From: Deltaproteobacteria bacterium
GTDB taxonomy: Bacteria > Desulfobacterota > Desulfobaccia > Desulfobaccales > 0-14-0-80-60-11
DNA length: 64,000 bases
Direction: 5' to 3'
NCBI GenBank assembly: GCA_021813445.1
Contig: JAKAKP010000147.1
Span: 1,285-65,284 of the forward strand
The notes below the pieces were generated by a model that saw only the letters and a program-made list of their open reading frames with translations, was not told the origin of the DNA and searched no databases. The translations under genes were made by a program, and so were the position numbers. The stretch's first letter is position 1. Every line of letters starts with the position of its first letter. Positions 26,786 through 38,934 of the stretch are shown piece by piece.

Positions 26786-28329
26786 ACCAGGACCCGCCGG
26801 AACTGCAGGCCCTGTTGGACGAGACCGCTTCGGTCCTGGAACGGGTGTTAAGCGCCCATAAACCTGGACTCAGAACCCGGGAGGTGGGCCGGGTCCGCTC
26901 CGTGGGCAACGGCATCGCCCTGGTGGAGGGCTTGCCCGGGGTGAAAGCGGAGGAACTGATCCGTTTCCCCGGAGGGTTGGAAGGAGTAGCCTTCAACGTG
27001 GACCCCGCCGAAGTGGGGGTCGTTCTCCTGGGAGAAATGGGAGAATTGAAGGCCGGGGCCGAGGCCCGGCGCACCGGCCGGGTGCTGGACGTGCCGGTGG
27101 GAGAGGCGCTGCTGGGCCGGGTGGTGGATGCCCTGGGCCGCCCCCTGGACAATCTGGGACCCGTGCGCACCCTGGAGCGCCGCCCGGTGGAACGGGAGGC
27201 GCCGGCCATCATGGATCGGGCCCCCGTTACCGAGCCTCTGCAAACCGGATTAAAGGTGGTGGACGCCCTGGTGCCCATCGGCCGGGGCCAGCGGGAACTG
27301 ATCCTGGGGGACCGGCAGACGGGCAAGACCGCCATCGTCCTGGACACTTTGATCAATCAAAAGGAGACAGGAGTCATCGGTGTCTACTGCGCTATCGGTC
27401 AGCGGGACACCGCGGTGGCCCAGTTGATCGCCGACCTTAAAGAGCAGCGGGTCATGGACTACTGCATCGTGGTGGTGGCCCCGGGGGAGGCCCTGCCAGG
27501 GCTGCATTTCGTGGCGCCCTATGCCGCCACCTCCATGGCCGAATATTTTATGGAGCAAGGGCGGGACGTTCTGATCATTTATGACAATCTCACCAATCAC
27601 GCCCGCTCCTACCGGGAGCTGTCCCTGCTGCTCCGGCGTCCTCCCGGCCGGGAGGCCTATCCCGGGGATATCTTTTATATCCATTCCCGGTTGTTGGAGC
27701 GCTCCACCCACCTGCGGCCGGAGCACGGCGGCGGTTCGCTCACCGCCCTGCCCGTGGTGGAGACCGAGGCCCAGAACATCGCGGCCTATATTCCCACCAA
27801 TCTCATCTCCATCACCGACGGGCAGATTTACCTCACGCCCGGCTTATTTCAGAAAGGAATCTTCCCCGCAGTGGACGTGGGTAAATCCGTCTCCCGAGTC
27901 GGCGGTAAGGCGCAGTTGCCTGCTTATAGGGCCGTGGCCGGGGACCTCCGCCTGACGTACTCCCAGTTCCAGGAGCTGGAAGCTTTCTCCCGCTTCGGCA
28001 CCCGGCTGGACGAACGCACCCGCAAGACCCTGGAGCACGGCTACCGCGTCCGGGAGGTGCTCAAACAGGCCCAGTTCGATCCCATGCCGGTGGCCCACCA
28101 GATCGGCGTGCTGCTGGCGGTGACCCAGGGCTTGTTCGACGACATTCCCCTGGAGCAGGTGGCGGCCGCCGAAAAGGCGGTGCGAAAAATGCTCTGCGAA
28201 CAGCTCCCGGAGCCCTGCCGGCGCATCGAGGCCGGGGAACATCTAAGCGATGAGGAGCGGCACCTTATTTTGGAGAAAATCAAGGAGGTCGTCCAGTCCT
28301 CTCTGGGGCAGGTCCATGGAAACCATTGA
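26782..28329 (+). CDS. atpA: N-ATPase alpha subunit
   Basis: [20 protein letters not shown]. Confidence 0.97.
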   Translation: MNQDPPELQALLDETASVLERVLSAHKPGLRTREVGRVRSVGNGIALVEGLPGVKAEELIRFPGGLEGVAFNVDPAEVGVVLLGEMGELKAGAEARRTGRVLDVPVGEALLGRVVDALGRPLDNLGPVRTLERRPVEREAPAIMDRAPVTEPLQTGLKVVDALVPIGRGQRELILGDRQTGKTAIVLDTLINQKETGVIGVYCAIGQRDTAVAQLIADLKEQRVMDYCIVVVAPGEALPGLHFVAPYAATSMAEYFMEQGRDVLIIYDNLTNHARSYRELSLLLRRPPGREAYPGDIFYIHSRLLERSTHLRPEHGGGSLTALPVVETEAQNIAAYIPTNLISITDGQIYLTPGLFQKGIFPAVDVGKSVSRVGGKAQLPAYRAVAGDLRLTYSQFQELEAFSRFGTRLDERTRKTLEHGYRVREVLKQAQFDPMPVAHQIGVLLAVTQGLFDDIPLEQVAAAEKAVRKMLCEQLPEPCRRIEAGEHLSDEERHLILEKIKEVVQSSLGQVHGNH

Positions 28330-29200
28330 GTCATTGAGAAGAAGAATCGGGGTCACGGAAGACCTGCGGGAAGTGGTGAAAACCATGAAAACCCTTTCCG
28401 CGGTCAGCATCCGGCAATATGAAAAGGCCGTGGCCTCACTGCGCCAGTACAGCCGCACCGTGGAGATGGGCATCCAGATAGTAATGCGCGGCCGCAGAGA
28501 GGAAAATACGCAGCCCCGGCCCGCTCCCGGCCGGCGCCTGGGCGCGATTGTCTTCGGTTCGGAACTGGGCATGTGCGGCCAGTTCAACGAACTGCTGGTG
28601 TCCTTTGCCCTGGACAAGTTCAAGGAACTGCAAGTGGCGCAAAAGGACCGCGCCGTCGTTGCCGTGGGCGCCCGGGCCGTCTCCCGCCTGGAGGAGGCGG
28701 GAGAACAGGTGGAATCCCATTTTGCCGTGCCCGGCGCAGTGGGCGGCATCACTTCCCGGGTCCAGGAATTATTGCTGCAAATCGAGGCCTGGCAGTGCCC
28801 GGGGGGAATAGACCGGATCATGCTGTTCCATCAGCAACCGGTCTCCGGCGCTACTTACCGGCCCCAGGCCATGCCGCTGCTGCCCGTGGACCTGGACTGG
28901 CTGGAAAGCCTGGGGCAAAAGCCCTGGCCTTCCCGGGTCCTGCCCACCTTCACCATGGCCCGGCCCCGGTTGGTTTACGCGCTGTTGGGCCAGTACCTTT
29001 TTGTTTCCCTGTACCGGGCCTTTGCCGAGTCCCTGGCCAGTGAAAACGCGGCCCGCCTCGCGGCCATGCAGGCCGCGGAAAACAACATCGAAGACCGCCT
29101 GAGGGAACTGCGGCTGCAATACAACCAGTTGCGCCAGAGCACCATCACTGAAGAACTCCTGGATATTGTCGCCGGATTTGAGGCCCTGACGGAAAAATAG
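28316..29200 (+). CDS. atpG: N-ATPase gamma subunit
   Basis: [27 protein letters not shown]. Confidence 0.95.
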   Translation: METIESLRRRIGVTEDLREVVKTMKTLSAVSIRQYEKAVASLRQYSRTVEMGIQIVMRGRREENTQPRPAPGRRLGAIVFGSELGMCGQFNELLVSFALDKFKELQVAQKDRAVVAVGARAVSRLEEAGEQVESHFAVPGAVGGITSRVQELLLQIEAWQCPGGIDRIMLFHQQPVSGATYRPQAMPLLPVDLDWLESLGQKPWPSRVLPTFTMARPRLVYALLGQYLFVSLYRAFAESLASENAARLAAMQAAENNIEDRLRELRLQYNQLRQSTITEELLDIVAGFEALTEK

Positions 29201-29239
29201 CAGGAAACACTTGATTTCCCGATAACCCGATGAATCCTC

Positions 29240-29812
29240 ATGCAAAAAACTAAAATAATCTGGTTCACCCTGGCGGGGATGGCAGCGGGATATCTGCTCA
29301 TGCATCCATTTGCCATGCTCGCCTATCTCTTGGGTCCTCAACATACGCATGCCATCATGGGAATTAACCTTTGGGGGATGCAATTAAAGCAGGCTTTCAG
29401 CTTAGCAGGGCTGGCTATGGGAGGGGCTTTCGCTTTTATGGGGGGAGTTGCCGGCCTTTTTCTGGGAGCCTGGTATTTAAAGAAGGAAGAATCCCAGCGC
29501 CGCCAGGTAGCCCTGAAGACCTTGCAGGAACTAATGGTCACCCTTGCCCATCATATCCGCAATGCTAATATTGTTATTGGCGGCTTCAGTTCCCGGATGC
29601 TTAAAAGCCTGCCCGAACCGGAAGTACAGCGCCAGCTGCACTTGATTCAGCAAGCCTCTCGGGAAATCGAGGCTGTGATCGCCTCCCTGGAAAGTCTCTC
29701 ACAAATTGACCGCGCCAAGTATATAAGCGAATGGGAGACCAAGATGATTGACTTGAAACAGGAACTCAAAGCCAGGTTGGCGGAGTTTGAGTCTCCGAAG
29801 GGCATCCCATGA
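29240..29812 (+). CDS. Membrane protein with HisKA-like helix
   Basis: Two TM helices; TLAHHIRN H-box-like motif; no ATPase domain. Confidence 0.65.
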   Translation: MQKTKIIWFTLAGMAAGYLLMHPFAMLAYLLGPQHTHAIMGINLWGMQLKQAFSLAGLAMGGAFAFMGGVAGLFLGAWYLKKEESQRRQVALKTLQELMVTLAHHIRNANIVIGGFSSRMLKSLPEPEVQRQLHLIQQASREIEAVIASLESLSQIDRAKYISEWETKMIDLKQELKARLAEFESPKGIP

Positions 29813-30271
29813 ACGACGAATCCATCAATCCGGTAGTACTGAAATCACCTATCCATAAGGAATTTCTCGTTTGCCAGATTTATCCAAGCGGCCCTTTTCG
29901 AAAAAGCCCGGTTCGTCGGCCAGGTTCTTTTCAACCACGCGGAAATACAAGGTGAAGCCGACTTCCGCAACGCCAGCTTCGATGGGCAGGCCATCTTTCA
30001 ACATGTTAATGAAAAGCGGGAAACTGGACGCCGTTTACCGCTCATGGCCAATTTTCAGAATCTCGCCTTCGGCCCCTGGGGTCGCCTCCGGTTTCAAGAC
30101 CTCTCCCTCGCCCTGGCGACGTTCCTGGACACGGATATGCGGCGGATGGAGTTTCATAACGTCCGCTGGCGCCCTTATCAGGGCCGCCAGGCAATCTATG
30201 ATGAAATTTTACTGCACAGTAAAGGTGTCCCCCATGCTCCCAAGATCGGCCATGAGCTTTTCTTCATTTGA
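29809..30271 (+). pseudogene. Frameshifted pentapeptide-repeat-type protein fragment
   Basis: Pieces such as ADFRNASFDGQAIF and FQDLSLALATFLDTDMRRMEFHNVRW lie in different frames. Confidence 0.45.
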
Positions 30272-30547
30272 AAGTCTCAGCCCTACATTGCGATGATGCA
30301 ACCATGGGACTGACGGCCCCGGTGGTAATTATTATCGCCCGTTTATCAGTAAATCTCCGGGGTATCTTCGTGGCCCCTTGAGATTGACTAATTATTAAGA
30401 GGAGGGAATCATGAGAAAGATTTTGGTACGGATTTTGGCGTTAGCATTTATGCTGGCTGCCACCCTGGCTTTTGCCCGAGAGGAGGGCTTCAGCCACCGA
30501 TAAAAACGAATTTATAATCTGACTGATTTATGAACTTCGAGTGAGCT

Positions 30548-30635
30548 TGGCCCCATGGAGGAGAGAGATTATGGTAAAGAGCTCCCCAGGAAAGGGCAGC
30601 ACTTTTACCGTCTCCCTGCCCCGCAGAGGCATTGA
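30548..30635 (+). pseudogene. Histidine kinase C-terminal remnant
   Basis: ...IMVKSSPGKGSTFTVSLPR matches an HATPase C-terminus. Confidence 0.6.
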
Positions 30636-30658
30636 TTCTTAGCCCGTTCCAGCCTAAC

Positions 30659-30697
30659 ATTACTAAAAAGTAATCTTCCGGTAAGCTTCCGGTAAGC
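30659..30697 (+). promoter_or_regulatory. Putative CusR/OmpR-type operator
   Basis: ATTACtaaaaaGTAAT then cttccgGTAAgcttccgGTAAg (11 bp period), upstream of the tolC gene. Confidence 0.65.
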
Positions 30698-30751
30698 TCT
30701 TTCGTTTATACTGGCTTCACCTCAATTTATCTCGACGGGAGTTGATCAACC

Positions 30752-32170
30752 ATGGACAGGCGGGGCCGGCTCTTTATCTGGTCAAGCATCGCTGCCTTAT
30801 TGACAGCGGGCTGTGCTTCTTTCCATCCCCGCCCCCTGTCGCCGGCGCAAACCGCCGCTGCTCTGGAAGACCGCCGTCTGGACGATCCTAAACTCAAGGA
30901 CTTCATCGAAGCCAACCTGCACCGCCAACTCACTTCCTGGCCGCCGCGTTCCTGGGATTTCTCCATGCTCGCCCTCACAGCTTTCTATTATCATCCGGAT
31001 CTGGATGTGGCTCGCGCCCGGTGGCAGGTGGCCGAGGCCGGCAAGATCACCGCCGGGCAGCGTCCGAACCCGAGCATCTCTGCGGCGCCCGGCTTTATCA
31101 GCAACCCGGGCGCGGCCAATCCCTGGCTTTACGGGGCCTCCCTGGACATTCCCATTGAGACCGCAGGCAAACGCGGCTATCGCCTGGCCCGCGCCGGGCA
31201 TCTGGCTGAGGCGGCCTATCTGGATATCGCCACCGCCGCCTGGCAGGTACGCAGCCGTTTACGGACGGCCCTCCTGGACCTTTACCTGAGCCGGGAAAGC
31301 GCCAGCCTGCTTAAGCGGCAAGTTGCGGTCCAGGAAGAGCTGGCCCAGGCTTTGGCGGCGCGGTTGGCCCAAGGGGAGATTCCCAGGCCGGACCTTACCC
31401 AGGGCCAGATTTCCCTGGACCAGACCCTTCTGTTGCTCCAGGAAGCCGAAAGGCAAGCGGCTGAGAATCGCGTGCGGCTGGCCGCGGCCTTGGGTTTGCC
31501 GGTGAGCGCTTTGCAACCGGTGGAGATTTCCTTTGCCTTTCTGCAACAGCTTCCACCCAAGCCGCTATCGCCCGAGGTCAGGCGGCAGGCCCTGCTGAGC
31601 CGTCCGGATATCCTGGCCGCCCTGGCGGGTTATGAGGCGTCCCAGAGCGCCCTGCAACTGGAGATCGCCAAACAATACCCGGACCTGCACCTGGGGCCGG
31701 GCTATCATTTTGATGACGCCGAGAATAAATGGACTTTTGGTCTTTCTGTGACGCTGCCCGTGCTAAACCAAAACCAGGGGCCCATTGCCGAGACCAGGGC
31801 GCGGCGCCAGGAAGCCGCCGCCCGCTTTACCGCTTTGCAAGCCCGGGTCATTGCGGAACTGGACCGGAGCCTGGCCGGGTATTTCCAGACGCTCCGGAAA
31901 CTGAAGACCGCCGAGGCCCTGGAGGCGGCGGAGAAGACCCAGGAACAGGCGGCGGAGCGCAGTTTGCGGGCAGGCGAAAGCGACCGCCTGGCCTTGCTCA
32001 GCACCCAATTGGTCTTGAATAAAGCGGCCCTGGACCGGCTCCAAACTTTCTACCAGGCGCAACAGGCCCTGGGCCTCCTGGAAGATGCCATAAAGTCACC
32101 GCTGGGGACTTCCGTGCGTGTCCCCACTGGCCTGCAAACCTCCCCGCGCCAAGGAGAACCTCACCCTTGA
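30752..32170 (+). CDS. TolC/CzcC-family outer membrane efflux lipoprotein
   Basis: Lipobox TAGC; QRPNP and LPVLNQNQG motifs. Confidence 0.9.
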   Translation: MDRRGRLFIWSSIAALLTAGCASFHPRPLSPAQTAAALEDRRLDDPKLKDFIEANLHRQLTSWPPRSWDFSMLALTAFYYHPDLDVARARWQVAEAGKITAGQRPNPSISAAPGFISNPGAANPWLYGASLDIPIETAGKRGYRLARAGHLAEAAYLDIATAAWQVRSRLRTALLDLYLSRESASLLKRQVAVQEELAQALAARLAQGEIPRPDLTQGQISLDQTLLLLQEAERQAAENRVRLAAALGLPVSALQPVEISFAFLQQLPPKPLSPEVRRQALLSRPDILAALAGYEASQSALQLEIAKQYPDLHLGPGYHFDDAENKWTFGLSVTLPVLNQNQGPIAETRARRQEAAARFTALQARVIAELDRSLAGYFQTLRKLKTAEALEAAEKTQEQAAERSLRAGESDRLALLSTQLVLNKAALDRLQTFYQAQQALGLLEDAIKSPLGTSVRVPTGLQTSPRQGEPHP

Positions 32171-33180
32171 AAAACCCTTACCTTCTTCGGCCAATAATCG
32201 TCGTCATAGTGCTCGTCCTCCTGGGTTTGTGGGGGCCATGGCCAGTTGGGGCCGGCGAGAAGCCGGGGGCCATGGTCGTCCCCCTGGAGAAATCGGCCCA
32301 GGAAAAGGCCGGCATCGTCACGGCTCCGATGACCCAGGTGTCCCATGCACAGGAACTGCGGGCCTATGGCACGGTGCTGCCGCTCCAAGGTCTGGCCGAC
32401 CAGAGCCGCAGCTTGGCCCAGGCCAGGGCCCAGGTGGAAAACGCCCGAGCCCGGCTCAAGGCTTCGCAAGCGGAATACGACCGCCTCAAGGCGCTTCATG
32501 TTCAGAACCAGAACGTGTCCCTCAAAGCCCTCCAGGCGGCGGAGAGCACCTGGCAAGAAGATCGGAATAATCTGCGGGCTTCCCAAGAAAGCCAGCGGGC
32601 CTTGGAAGGTGCAGTGCGGCAACTATGGGGAGCGGTGATTTCCCGATGGGTGGTCAGCGGCTCTCCGGCCTTGGCCAGGTTGCTGAATCAAGAGGAATTT
32701 TTGGTGCAGGTCACCCTGCCCGCCGGTGAAAAGCTTGCCCCTATGCCGCATAAAATCGCTATTCAGCTACCCAACCAAACATGGTTGGCCGCCAGCCTGG
32801 TTTCCCCGGCCACGCGGACTGACCCCCACATTCAGGGGCTGAGCTTCTTCTATGGCGTAACCGGCCACGCCGGCCAGGTGCAGGCTGGTATGAATGTCGC
32901 AGCTCAAATCCCTGCCGGGCCCCGGATCAAGGGCTTTCTCATTCCGGCGGATGCCGTGACTTGGCAGAATGGCCTGGCCATGGTTTTTGTCCAGACCGGC
33001 CCCGACCGCTTCACGGCCAGGCCGGTCGACACGGGCACCCCGCTGCCCGAGGGCTATTTCGTTTCCACCGGTTTCACCGAACGGGAATGCCTAGTTGTCC
33101 AGGGAGCCCAGGCCTTGCTATCCGAGGCCTTGATTCCCCGGTCCAAGGCAGGCCAGGGTAAAGAAGAGGACACCGATTAA
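32167..33180 (+). CDS. RND periplasmic adaptor (CzcB-like)
   Basis: Hairpin coiled coil; [11 protein letters not shown]; operon position. Confidence 0.85.
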   Translation: MKNPYLLRPIIVVIVLVLLGLWGPWPVGAGEKPGAMVVPLEKSAQEKAGIVTAPMTQVSHAQELRAYGTVLPLQGLADQSRSLAQARAQVENARARLKASQAEYDRLKALHVQNQNVSLKALQAAESTWQEDRNNLRASQESQRALEGAVRQLWGAVISRWVVSGSPALARLLNQEEFLVQVTLPAGEKLAPMPHKIAIQLPNQTWLAASLVSPATRTDPHIQGLSFFYGVTGHAGQVQAGMNVAAQIPAGPRIKGFLIPADAVTWQNGLAMVFVQTGPDRFTARPVDTGTPLPEGYFVSTGFTERECLVVQGAQALLSEALIPRSKAGQGKEEDTD

Positions 33181-33192
33181 AGGGTAGATGGT

Positions 33193-36100
33193 ATGGGATC
33201 CTCAGACCCCGGACTACTTACAAATATTATCCGCTTTGCCCTGCGGCGGCGCGGCGCCGTCATGGCCATGGCCATCGTCGTCATGGCCTATGGTTTCTAT
33301 CGTCTCAGCCGCACTAAATACGATGTGTTTCCCGAGTTTGCCTTACCCCAGGTGTCAATCCGCACCGAAGCCCCGGGCTTGTCCCCTGAACAGGTGGAGG
33401 CCCTGATTACCCGGCCCATCGAAAGTGCGGTCATCGGCGCCAGCGGCATTTCCGCCGTGCTTTCGAGTTCTATCCAGGGGTTGTCGGCCATCAAGGTCAA
33501 TTTTTCTCCAGACACCAATGTTTATCTGGCCCGGCAACTGGTGGCGGAGCGGCTGGTGTCGCTGCCTGGTCAACTACCCCTGGAGGCCAAGCTACCGGTG
33601 CTGACGCCGCTCACTTCCTCCACCGGCAATGTGCTGGAGCTGGGGTTGACGTCCTCCAGCCGTTCTTTGATGGAGGTGCGCACCATCGCCCGCTGGCTGG
33701 TGAAGCCTCGCCTATTGGCAGTGCCCGGCGTCGCCGGGGTGATCAGCTTCGGGGAAGGGATCAAGCAATTCCAGATTCAGGTCAGGCCGGAACGCCTGAT
33801 AAAGTATAGCCTGGGCTTGAATGAAGTGCTGGCTGCGGCGCGCCGGGCCACCGGGGTCCGGGGGGCCGGCTTCATCGAAAATCCCAATCAGCGCCTGGTC
33901 CTGCAAACCGAAGGCCAGGCTTTGACGCCGGCCCAACTGGCGGGCGTCGTCCTGCTGCACCGGCGGGGGGCCAGCGTGCGGCTGGGGGACGTGGCGACCG
34001 TGACCGCAGCCCAGGAGCCTCCCATCGGGGCCGGCCTGATTAATGGACAGCCCGGAATCGTGATGCTGATGGATGCCCAATACGGGGCCAACACTTTGGA
34101 AGTGACGCGGCGGCTGGACCGGGCGCTCCAGGAACTGCGTCCGGACCTCGAAAGGGAAGGCATTGTCCTGCACGCAAGTCTTTTCCGCCCGGCGACCTTT
34201 ATCCACACTGCCGTTCACAATGTCGTGTCGGCCCTGGCCATCGGGGCCGCCTTGGTCGTAATCGTGCTGTTTCTGTTCCTGTTCAATTTCCGGACTGCCG
34301 CCATTTCCTGCACCGCCATTCCGCTCTCGCTGCTGGCCGGGACAATCGTCATGGAGCGTCTTGGCTTCAGCCTCAACACCATGACCCTGGGCGGCTTGGC
34401 CATCGCCATCGGGGAAATCGTCGATGATGCGGTAATCGATGTGGAAAATATCTACCGGCGGCTGCGGGAAAACCGGGGACAGGAGCATCCCCTTCCGGTG
34501 CTGGAGGTTATCCTGTCTGCCTCCCTGGAGGTGCGGAGCGCGGTAGTTTTTGCCACCCTGGCTGTGATCCTGGTTTTTTTCCCTATCCTAACTCTGTCAG
34601 GGGTAGCGGGCCGGCTCTTCTCACCCCTGGGAGTGGCTTATATCCTGGCGGTGCTGGCCTCACTTTTGGTCGCGCTTACCGTCACCCCGGGCTTATGCCT
34701 GCTGTTATTAGGCCGGGGTGAGTTGCCGCCGAAAGAGCCGCCGGTGATAAGCCGTCTGAAGGCCGGATATGTCCGCCTGCTGGGCCGGGTTGAGCGCCAC
34801 CCACGTCTAGTGACCCTGGGCGTTCTCGTGCTGATGGGGAGCGCCCTAATCGCCCTGCCTTTTTTGCGAAGCAGCTTTTTGCCCGAGTTCCGGGAAGGCA
34901 ACATGATTGTCCATATGGTTATGGCCCCCGGCACGTCGCTGGCGGAATCCTTGCGTTTAGGGGACCGGGTGACCCGGGAACTGCAAAAACTTCCCTATGT
35001 GATGAGCATCGCTCAGAAAGCCGGCAGGGCCGAAGCCGGGGGCGAACCTCGCGGACCTAATGCCAGTGAAATGGACGTGAGCCTCAATCCTGACCATCAA
35101 CCGGCGTCGGCCGAGTCGGAAATCCGCCGCAAAATGGAACAAATCCCCGGTGCCACTTTCAGCGTCAACACCTTCCTGACCGAGCGCCTGGAGGAAACGA
35201 TCTCGGGTTACCGGGCCGCGGTGGTTATCAATGTTTTCGGCAATAACCTGGACGTCCTGGACCAGAAAGGACAGGAGATTGCAGCGGCGCTGCAAAAGAT
35301 TCCCGGAGCGGCCGATGTCCAAGTGCGTTCCATGACCGGCGCCCCCCAAGTTGCCATTCACCTCAAGAAAGCCGCATTGCCGCGCTGGGGGCTGGACCCG
35401 GTGAGCGTGCTGGACGCCGTCCACACCGCCTATCAGGGGAGTCTGGTGGGCCAGATTTACCAGGGAGAGCGCGTCTTCGACACCACGGTGGTTCTACCGC
35501 CCCAGGAGCGGCGGACGGTGGTGGCCATCGGCAAATTGCCGGTCCGCAGTCTTAGCGGGACATTTCTGCCTTTGAAGGAACTGGCCGACATCAGGGTGAC
35601 TTCGGGCCGCTTCGTCGTTCTGCACCAGGGCGCCCGGCGCGTTCAGACCGTCACCTGTAATGTCACCAGTGGCAACAGCAACGCTTTTATGGCAGAGGCC
35701 AAGAGGCGCATCCTTTCTCAGATTAATCTTCCTCCTGGCACCTATGTGGAATTCAGCGGCACTGCCGAGGCCCAGACCAGGGCCGAGCGGGATTTGCTTT
35801 TCCATTCCCTGTTGGCCGCTGTGGGCATAGTCCTGCTGGTCTCTGCCGTCGTCGGGCATTGGCGCAACGTCTCCCTGCTCTTGATTAACCTGCCCTTCGC
35901 CTTGGCGGGCGGGGTGCTGGCCGTACTGCTTACCGGCCGGACGATGTCTCTGGGCTCCCTGGTGGGCTTCGTCACCGTCTTTGGCATCACCCTGCGCAAT
36001 GCCATCATGATGCTGTCACATTATCAGCATCTGGTGACTGTGGAAGGGCTGAACTGGGGCCCGGAAGCAGCGGTCAGAGGGGCTTCGGAGCGGCTGGCGC

Positions 36101-36312
36101 CAATACTGATGACCGCCCTGGTCACGGCCCTGGGATTACTGCCCCTGGCCATAGGCAGCCGGATGCCAGGCCAGGAGATTGTCGGGCCCATGGCCATAGT
36201 AATTTTAGGCGGGCTGGTTACCTCGACCGCCCTAAATCTCCTGGTATTGCCTACTCTGGCCTGCAGGTACGGCAGGTTTGAAGAAGCAGCGGGTGGTCAA
36301 GAAGTTCTTTAA
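33193..36312 (+). CDS. CzcA/CusA-family heavy-metal RND pump
   Basis: YDVFPEFA, TLGGLAIAIGEIVDDAVIDVENI, ERLAPILMTA. Confidence 0.95.
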   Translation: MGSSDPGLLTNIIRFALRRRGAVMAMAIVVMAYGFYRLSRTKYDVFPEFALPQVSIRTEAPGLSPEQVEALITRPIESAVIGASGISAVLSSSIQGLSAIKVNFSPDTNVYLARQLVAERLVSLPGQLPLEAKLPVLTPLTSSTGNVLELGLTSSSRSLMEVRTIARWLVKPRLLAVPGVAGVISFGEGIKQFQIQVRPERLIKYSLGLNEVLAAARRATGVRGAGFIENPNQRLVLQTEGQALTPAQLAGVVLLHRRGASVRLGDVATVTAAQEPPIGAGLINGQPGIVMLMDAQYGANTLEVTRRLDRALQELRPDLEREGIVLHASLFRPATFIHTAVHNVVSALAIGAALVVIVLFLFLFNFRTAAISCTAIPLSLLAGTIVMERLGFSLNTMTLGGLAIAIGEIVDDAVIDVENIYRRLRENRGQEHPLPVLEVILSASLEVRSAVVFATLAVILVFFPILTLSGVAGRLFSPLGVAYILAVLASLLVALTVTPGLCLLLLGRGELPPKEPPVISRLKAGYVRLLGRVERHPRLVTLGVLVLMGSALIALPFLRSSFLPEFREGNMIVHMVMAPGTSLAESLRLGDRVTRELQKLPYVMSIAQKAGRAEAGGEPRGPNASEMDVSLNPDHQPASAESEIRRKMEQIPGATFSVNTFLTERLEETISGYRAAVVINVFGNNLDVLDQKGQEIAAALQKIPGAADVQVRSMTGAPQVAIHLKKAALPRWGLDPVSVLDAVHTAYQGSLVGQIYQGERVFDTTVVLPPQERRTVVAIGKLPVRSLSGTFLPLKELADIRVTSGRFVVLHQGARRVQTVTCNVTSGNSNAFMAEAKRRILSQINLPPGTYVEFSGTAEAQTRAERDLLFHSLLAAVGIVLLVSAVVGHWRNVSLLLINLPFALAGGVLAVLLTGRTMSLGSLVGFVTVFGITLRNAIMMLSHYQHLVTVEGLNWGPEAAVRGASERLAPILMTALVTALGLLPLAIGSRMPGQEIVGPMAIVILGGLVTSTALNLLVLPTLACRYGRFEEAAGGQEVL

Positions 36313-36353
36313 GAATGTTAAGAATTGTGTTGTCCCATGAACGAGGTGCCCCG

Positions 36354-36593
36354 ATGGAAACAGGTATAGACCAGGATTTGTTGAATAAGGTCAAAGCAGT
36401 AGCCCAAGGGCCGGAAGCGGACCTGCTGAGAGAATTTGTGGACCTGCTCTATTACCGGCACGAGGAACCGGATACCGAGCCCCTCAGCTCACAGGAGCAA
36501 GCAGCCTTGGAGGAAGGCCGGGAGGCATTGCGCCGCGGCGACAAGTCATATTTTACCCCTTGGGAGGAAGTGAAAAAGGAACTGGGCTTATGA
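36354..36593 (+). CDS. Putative type II antitoxin
   Basis: Small acidic protein ending PWEEVKKELGL; ATGA overlap with a RelE-like ORF. Confidence 0.75.
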   Translation: METGIDQDLLNKVKAVAQGPEADLLREFVDLLYYRHEEPDTEPLSSQEQAALEEGREALRRGDKSYFTPWEEVKKELGL

Positions 36594-36769
36594 GCTATGG
36601 CGTGGAGCTTAGTCATCAAGCCAAAAAGACTTTAAAACTCCTTGATAAGGTTATCATCAGGCGCATAGAAAAGCGGCTTGAAGAATTGTGCCTGGACCCT
36701 CATGACCCTCCGGGCCACTTCCCGACTCCCCAAGCAAAACCTTACCAGCAATGGAGGAAGCGGCGATGA
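36590..36769 (+). pseudogene. RelE/ParE toxin, C-terminally truncated
   Basis: MSYGVELSHQAKKTLKLLDKVIIRRIEKRLEELCLDP; the catalytic RVGDYR half is absent. Confidence 0.7.
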
Positions 36770-37144
36770 GTTTAAGACGACAAGCGATGATAGTCCTTGG
36801 TCTGGCGGTTTGGCTCCTGGGTGTGAGTTATGCGTTGGCGGCCGATATTTATGGAGACTATGAGTGCCGGGACAAAGCGGTTCTCCGTGGATTGACCATC
36901 TCCAAGTGGCAGCAACCGGGAGCGGTTTTGTTTAAAATTAGTGCAAATATATGGGCGGACGGCCGCTCCGGGGGCATGTCAGGCGTGGCCGACCTGAAGG
37001 GAAACACCGCTTCCTTATGTAGATAGTGATAAAAAGTGCCCCCTGACTATCACGTTTCAGGGGAATAAAGCCGTGGTCAAAGCTCCCAAATGCCATGATA
37101 GCCTGGGGCCTCTACCATTTGAGGGCGTCTATAAAAAGAAGTGA
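36766..37144 (+). pseudogene. Exported hypothetical protein with +1 frameshift near 37015
   Basis: Signal peptide ORF stops at 37026; a shifted frame continues YVDSDKKCPLTITFQGNKAVV...FEGVYKKK*. Confidence 0.55.
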
Positions 37145-37854
37145 CTCGGCCGCATCCGCGATAAGGCATTTTTTTCTTATTTTTCTGGAGCTCCTGGTTT
37201 TGGCGATCCGGGGGCGACGGCTGGTGCGGAAAGTCAGAGAGAGGGGAATCAGATGCAACCTCACCGAAAGTCGAGCACCCGTTTGTTCGTCTACCTTTTT
37301 CTGGTCTTATATAATCTCGGATTTTCTCAGATCCGATAAACTTTATTTTTTGGTTTAACTTGCCTGGTTTTAAGATTTACTATGAATTTATCATCCCTCT
37401 CATTCCAGATAAGCAAATGATTATCTTGGAGTTCCATCTTTTTGATAAAAATATCTTGCACGTCTCTTTCCATCCGTGGTTTATACTTAATGGTATATAT
37501 TTGCTCTCCTTTATCCTTTATCTTCTTCTCAAAAAACCCTTTCCCAATATTCCCCCCGGGCTGCAGGGCTTTTAGCTTTTGCTAACAGGTGTCTTAGAAG
37601 AGCTATCATTTTCTCGGTAACTCGACCTATCGAAGCACAAAAGTAACCGCGCGCCCAAAGATGTTTTCACCAGTATCTCTTCCGAAGATGCGGAAACTCC
37701 TGTTGGAGGAGCCGGGAACTGCCCCCTACGGGAAAAATATATGGGATTGGGGGAGGGGGTAAGGGTCTGTGACCCTTAGCCTCCTCCCCCAGAATCCATT
37801 TCCAAATCTCTCAGTCCAAGCCGACCAAGGGCGGACACATGGGTCCGCTACGGG

Positions 37855-38493
37855 TTATTTGCTCTGGCGCATTTTGTAGGCCAGGCCCATGAGGCGGTAG
37901 ACGGAGGCGCCGGCCAGGGCGGCGATGTCTTCGGTGGAGAGGTGCTGGGGGATGGTGGCGTCGAAGAGGATGTTGGCCTCCGGGGAGAATTCCTCGTCGC
38001 CCCGCCAGAGGACGTGGGTCACGGGCACCAGGGGGAAGGCCGGGAAGGTGGCGGAGGCGTCGCCCTGGCTGCCGATGACGCCGCCCGCGGCCCCGGCCAC
38101 CTTCAGGTAAAGGTCCAGGTCGTGGCCGAAGGTCTCCAGCAGGGGTTTCTTGGCCCGGGAGACGAACGCGGACCAGTAAAACCCGCCCTCCGGCACGTCC
38201 CGGAAGTCGATTTCCCGGCCGCTTAAGGGTTCGCCGGTGGTCCGGAGCAGGTAGTGGAGGATGAGAATCTGCTCGGTGAGGGGCAGCTCGGGCTGGCCCT
38301 CCGGGGGCAGGACTTTCACCTCCGGCCAGACGACCTGGCGGGGCTGGCCGAAGTATGGCACTACCAGCCACTCCCGGGTGTCCTGACAAAAATATTCGCA
38401 GCGGCTCAGGCCGGAGATACGCTTGGGGTTTTTCTGCTGCAATTCGGCTACGGCCAGGGCTATAGCCGCCTTGTAATCGTCAATGCGGGGCAT
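37855..38493 (-). CDS. DUF3786 domain protein
   Basis: EQILILHYL, FRDVPEGGFY, LWRGDEEFSPEANILFD, LSTED; AAGGAG RBS before ATG 38493. Confidence 0.88.
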   Translation of the reverse strand: MPRIDDYKAAIALAVAELQQKNPKRISGLSRCEYFCQDTREWLVVPYFGQPRQVVWPEVKVLPPEGQPELPLTEQILILHYLLRTTGEPLSGREIDFRDVPEGGFYWSAFVSRAKKPLLETFGHDLDLYLKVAGAAGGVIGSQGDASATFPAFPLVPVTHVLWRGDEEFSPEANILFDATIPQHLSTEDIAALAGASVYRLMGLAYKMRQSK

Positions 38494-38671
38494 GGGGGCT
38501 CCTTTTTTGAGGGGACAGGGACAGGGATCAGGGGGCAGGAAAAAGTGCTGAAGTAACCGCTTTTCCTGGCCCCTGGCCCCTGGCCCCTGATAGAGTAGCA
38601 TAGGATAAGGGGTATAACCCGCCGTTAGAGCTCTATTCCAAAACAATTTGAAAATATAGCATATTTTTTCC

Positions 38672-38700
38672 TTGACATGGAGGGGCGGATATTTTAAGTG
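38672..38700 (+). promoter_or_regulatory. Sigma70-type promoter of the aro operon
   Basis: TTGACA at 38672-38677 with a weak -10 (TTAAGT) 16 bp downstream. Confidence 0.55.
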
Positions 38701-38727
38701 TGAAGACTAAGGAGTCGAGGATCGCAA

Positions 38728-38817
38728 ATGTTGCAGCTTAGCTGGCGCCGGTATTTTTATTTTAGCTACTATTATTTTACCGGGCCGGAGTGCGCCTCGA
38801 CTTTTAAAAGACCCTAA
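38728..38817 (+). CDS. Aromatic amino acid leader peptide (MLQLSWRRYFYFSYYYFTGPECASTFKRP)
   Basis: AAGGAG/GAGG upstream; 9 aromatic codons within codons 6-17; followed by alternative hairpins. Confidence 0.85.
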   Translation: MLQLSWRRYFYFSYYYFTGPECASTFKRP

Positions 38818-38836
38818 ACAACCCAGAAAATCTTTT

Positions 38837-38877
38837 AAAAGCCGTGGCGCAGGCGAGGCGACCACGGCTTTTTTTTT
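38837..38877 (+). terminator. Attenuator terminator
   Basis: AAAAGCCGTGG...CCACGGC followed by T9; left arm can pair instead with 38791-38811. Confidence 0.85.
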
Positions 38878-38934
38878 CGGCGGTGGCCGTCTCTTGGACC
38901 CGGATCGGGTCCGGCCGCGGACAAGGAGGGAGCA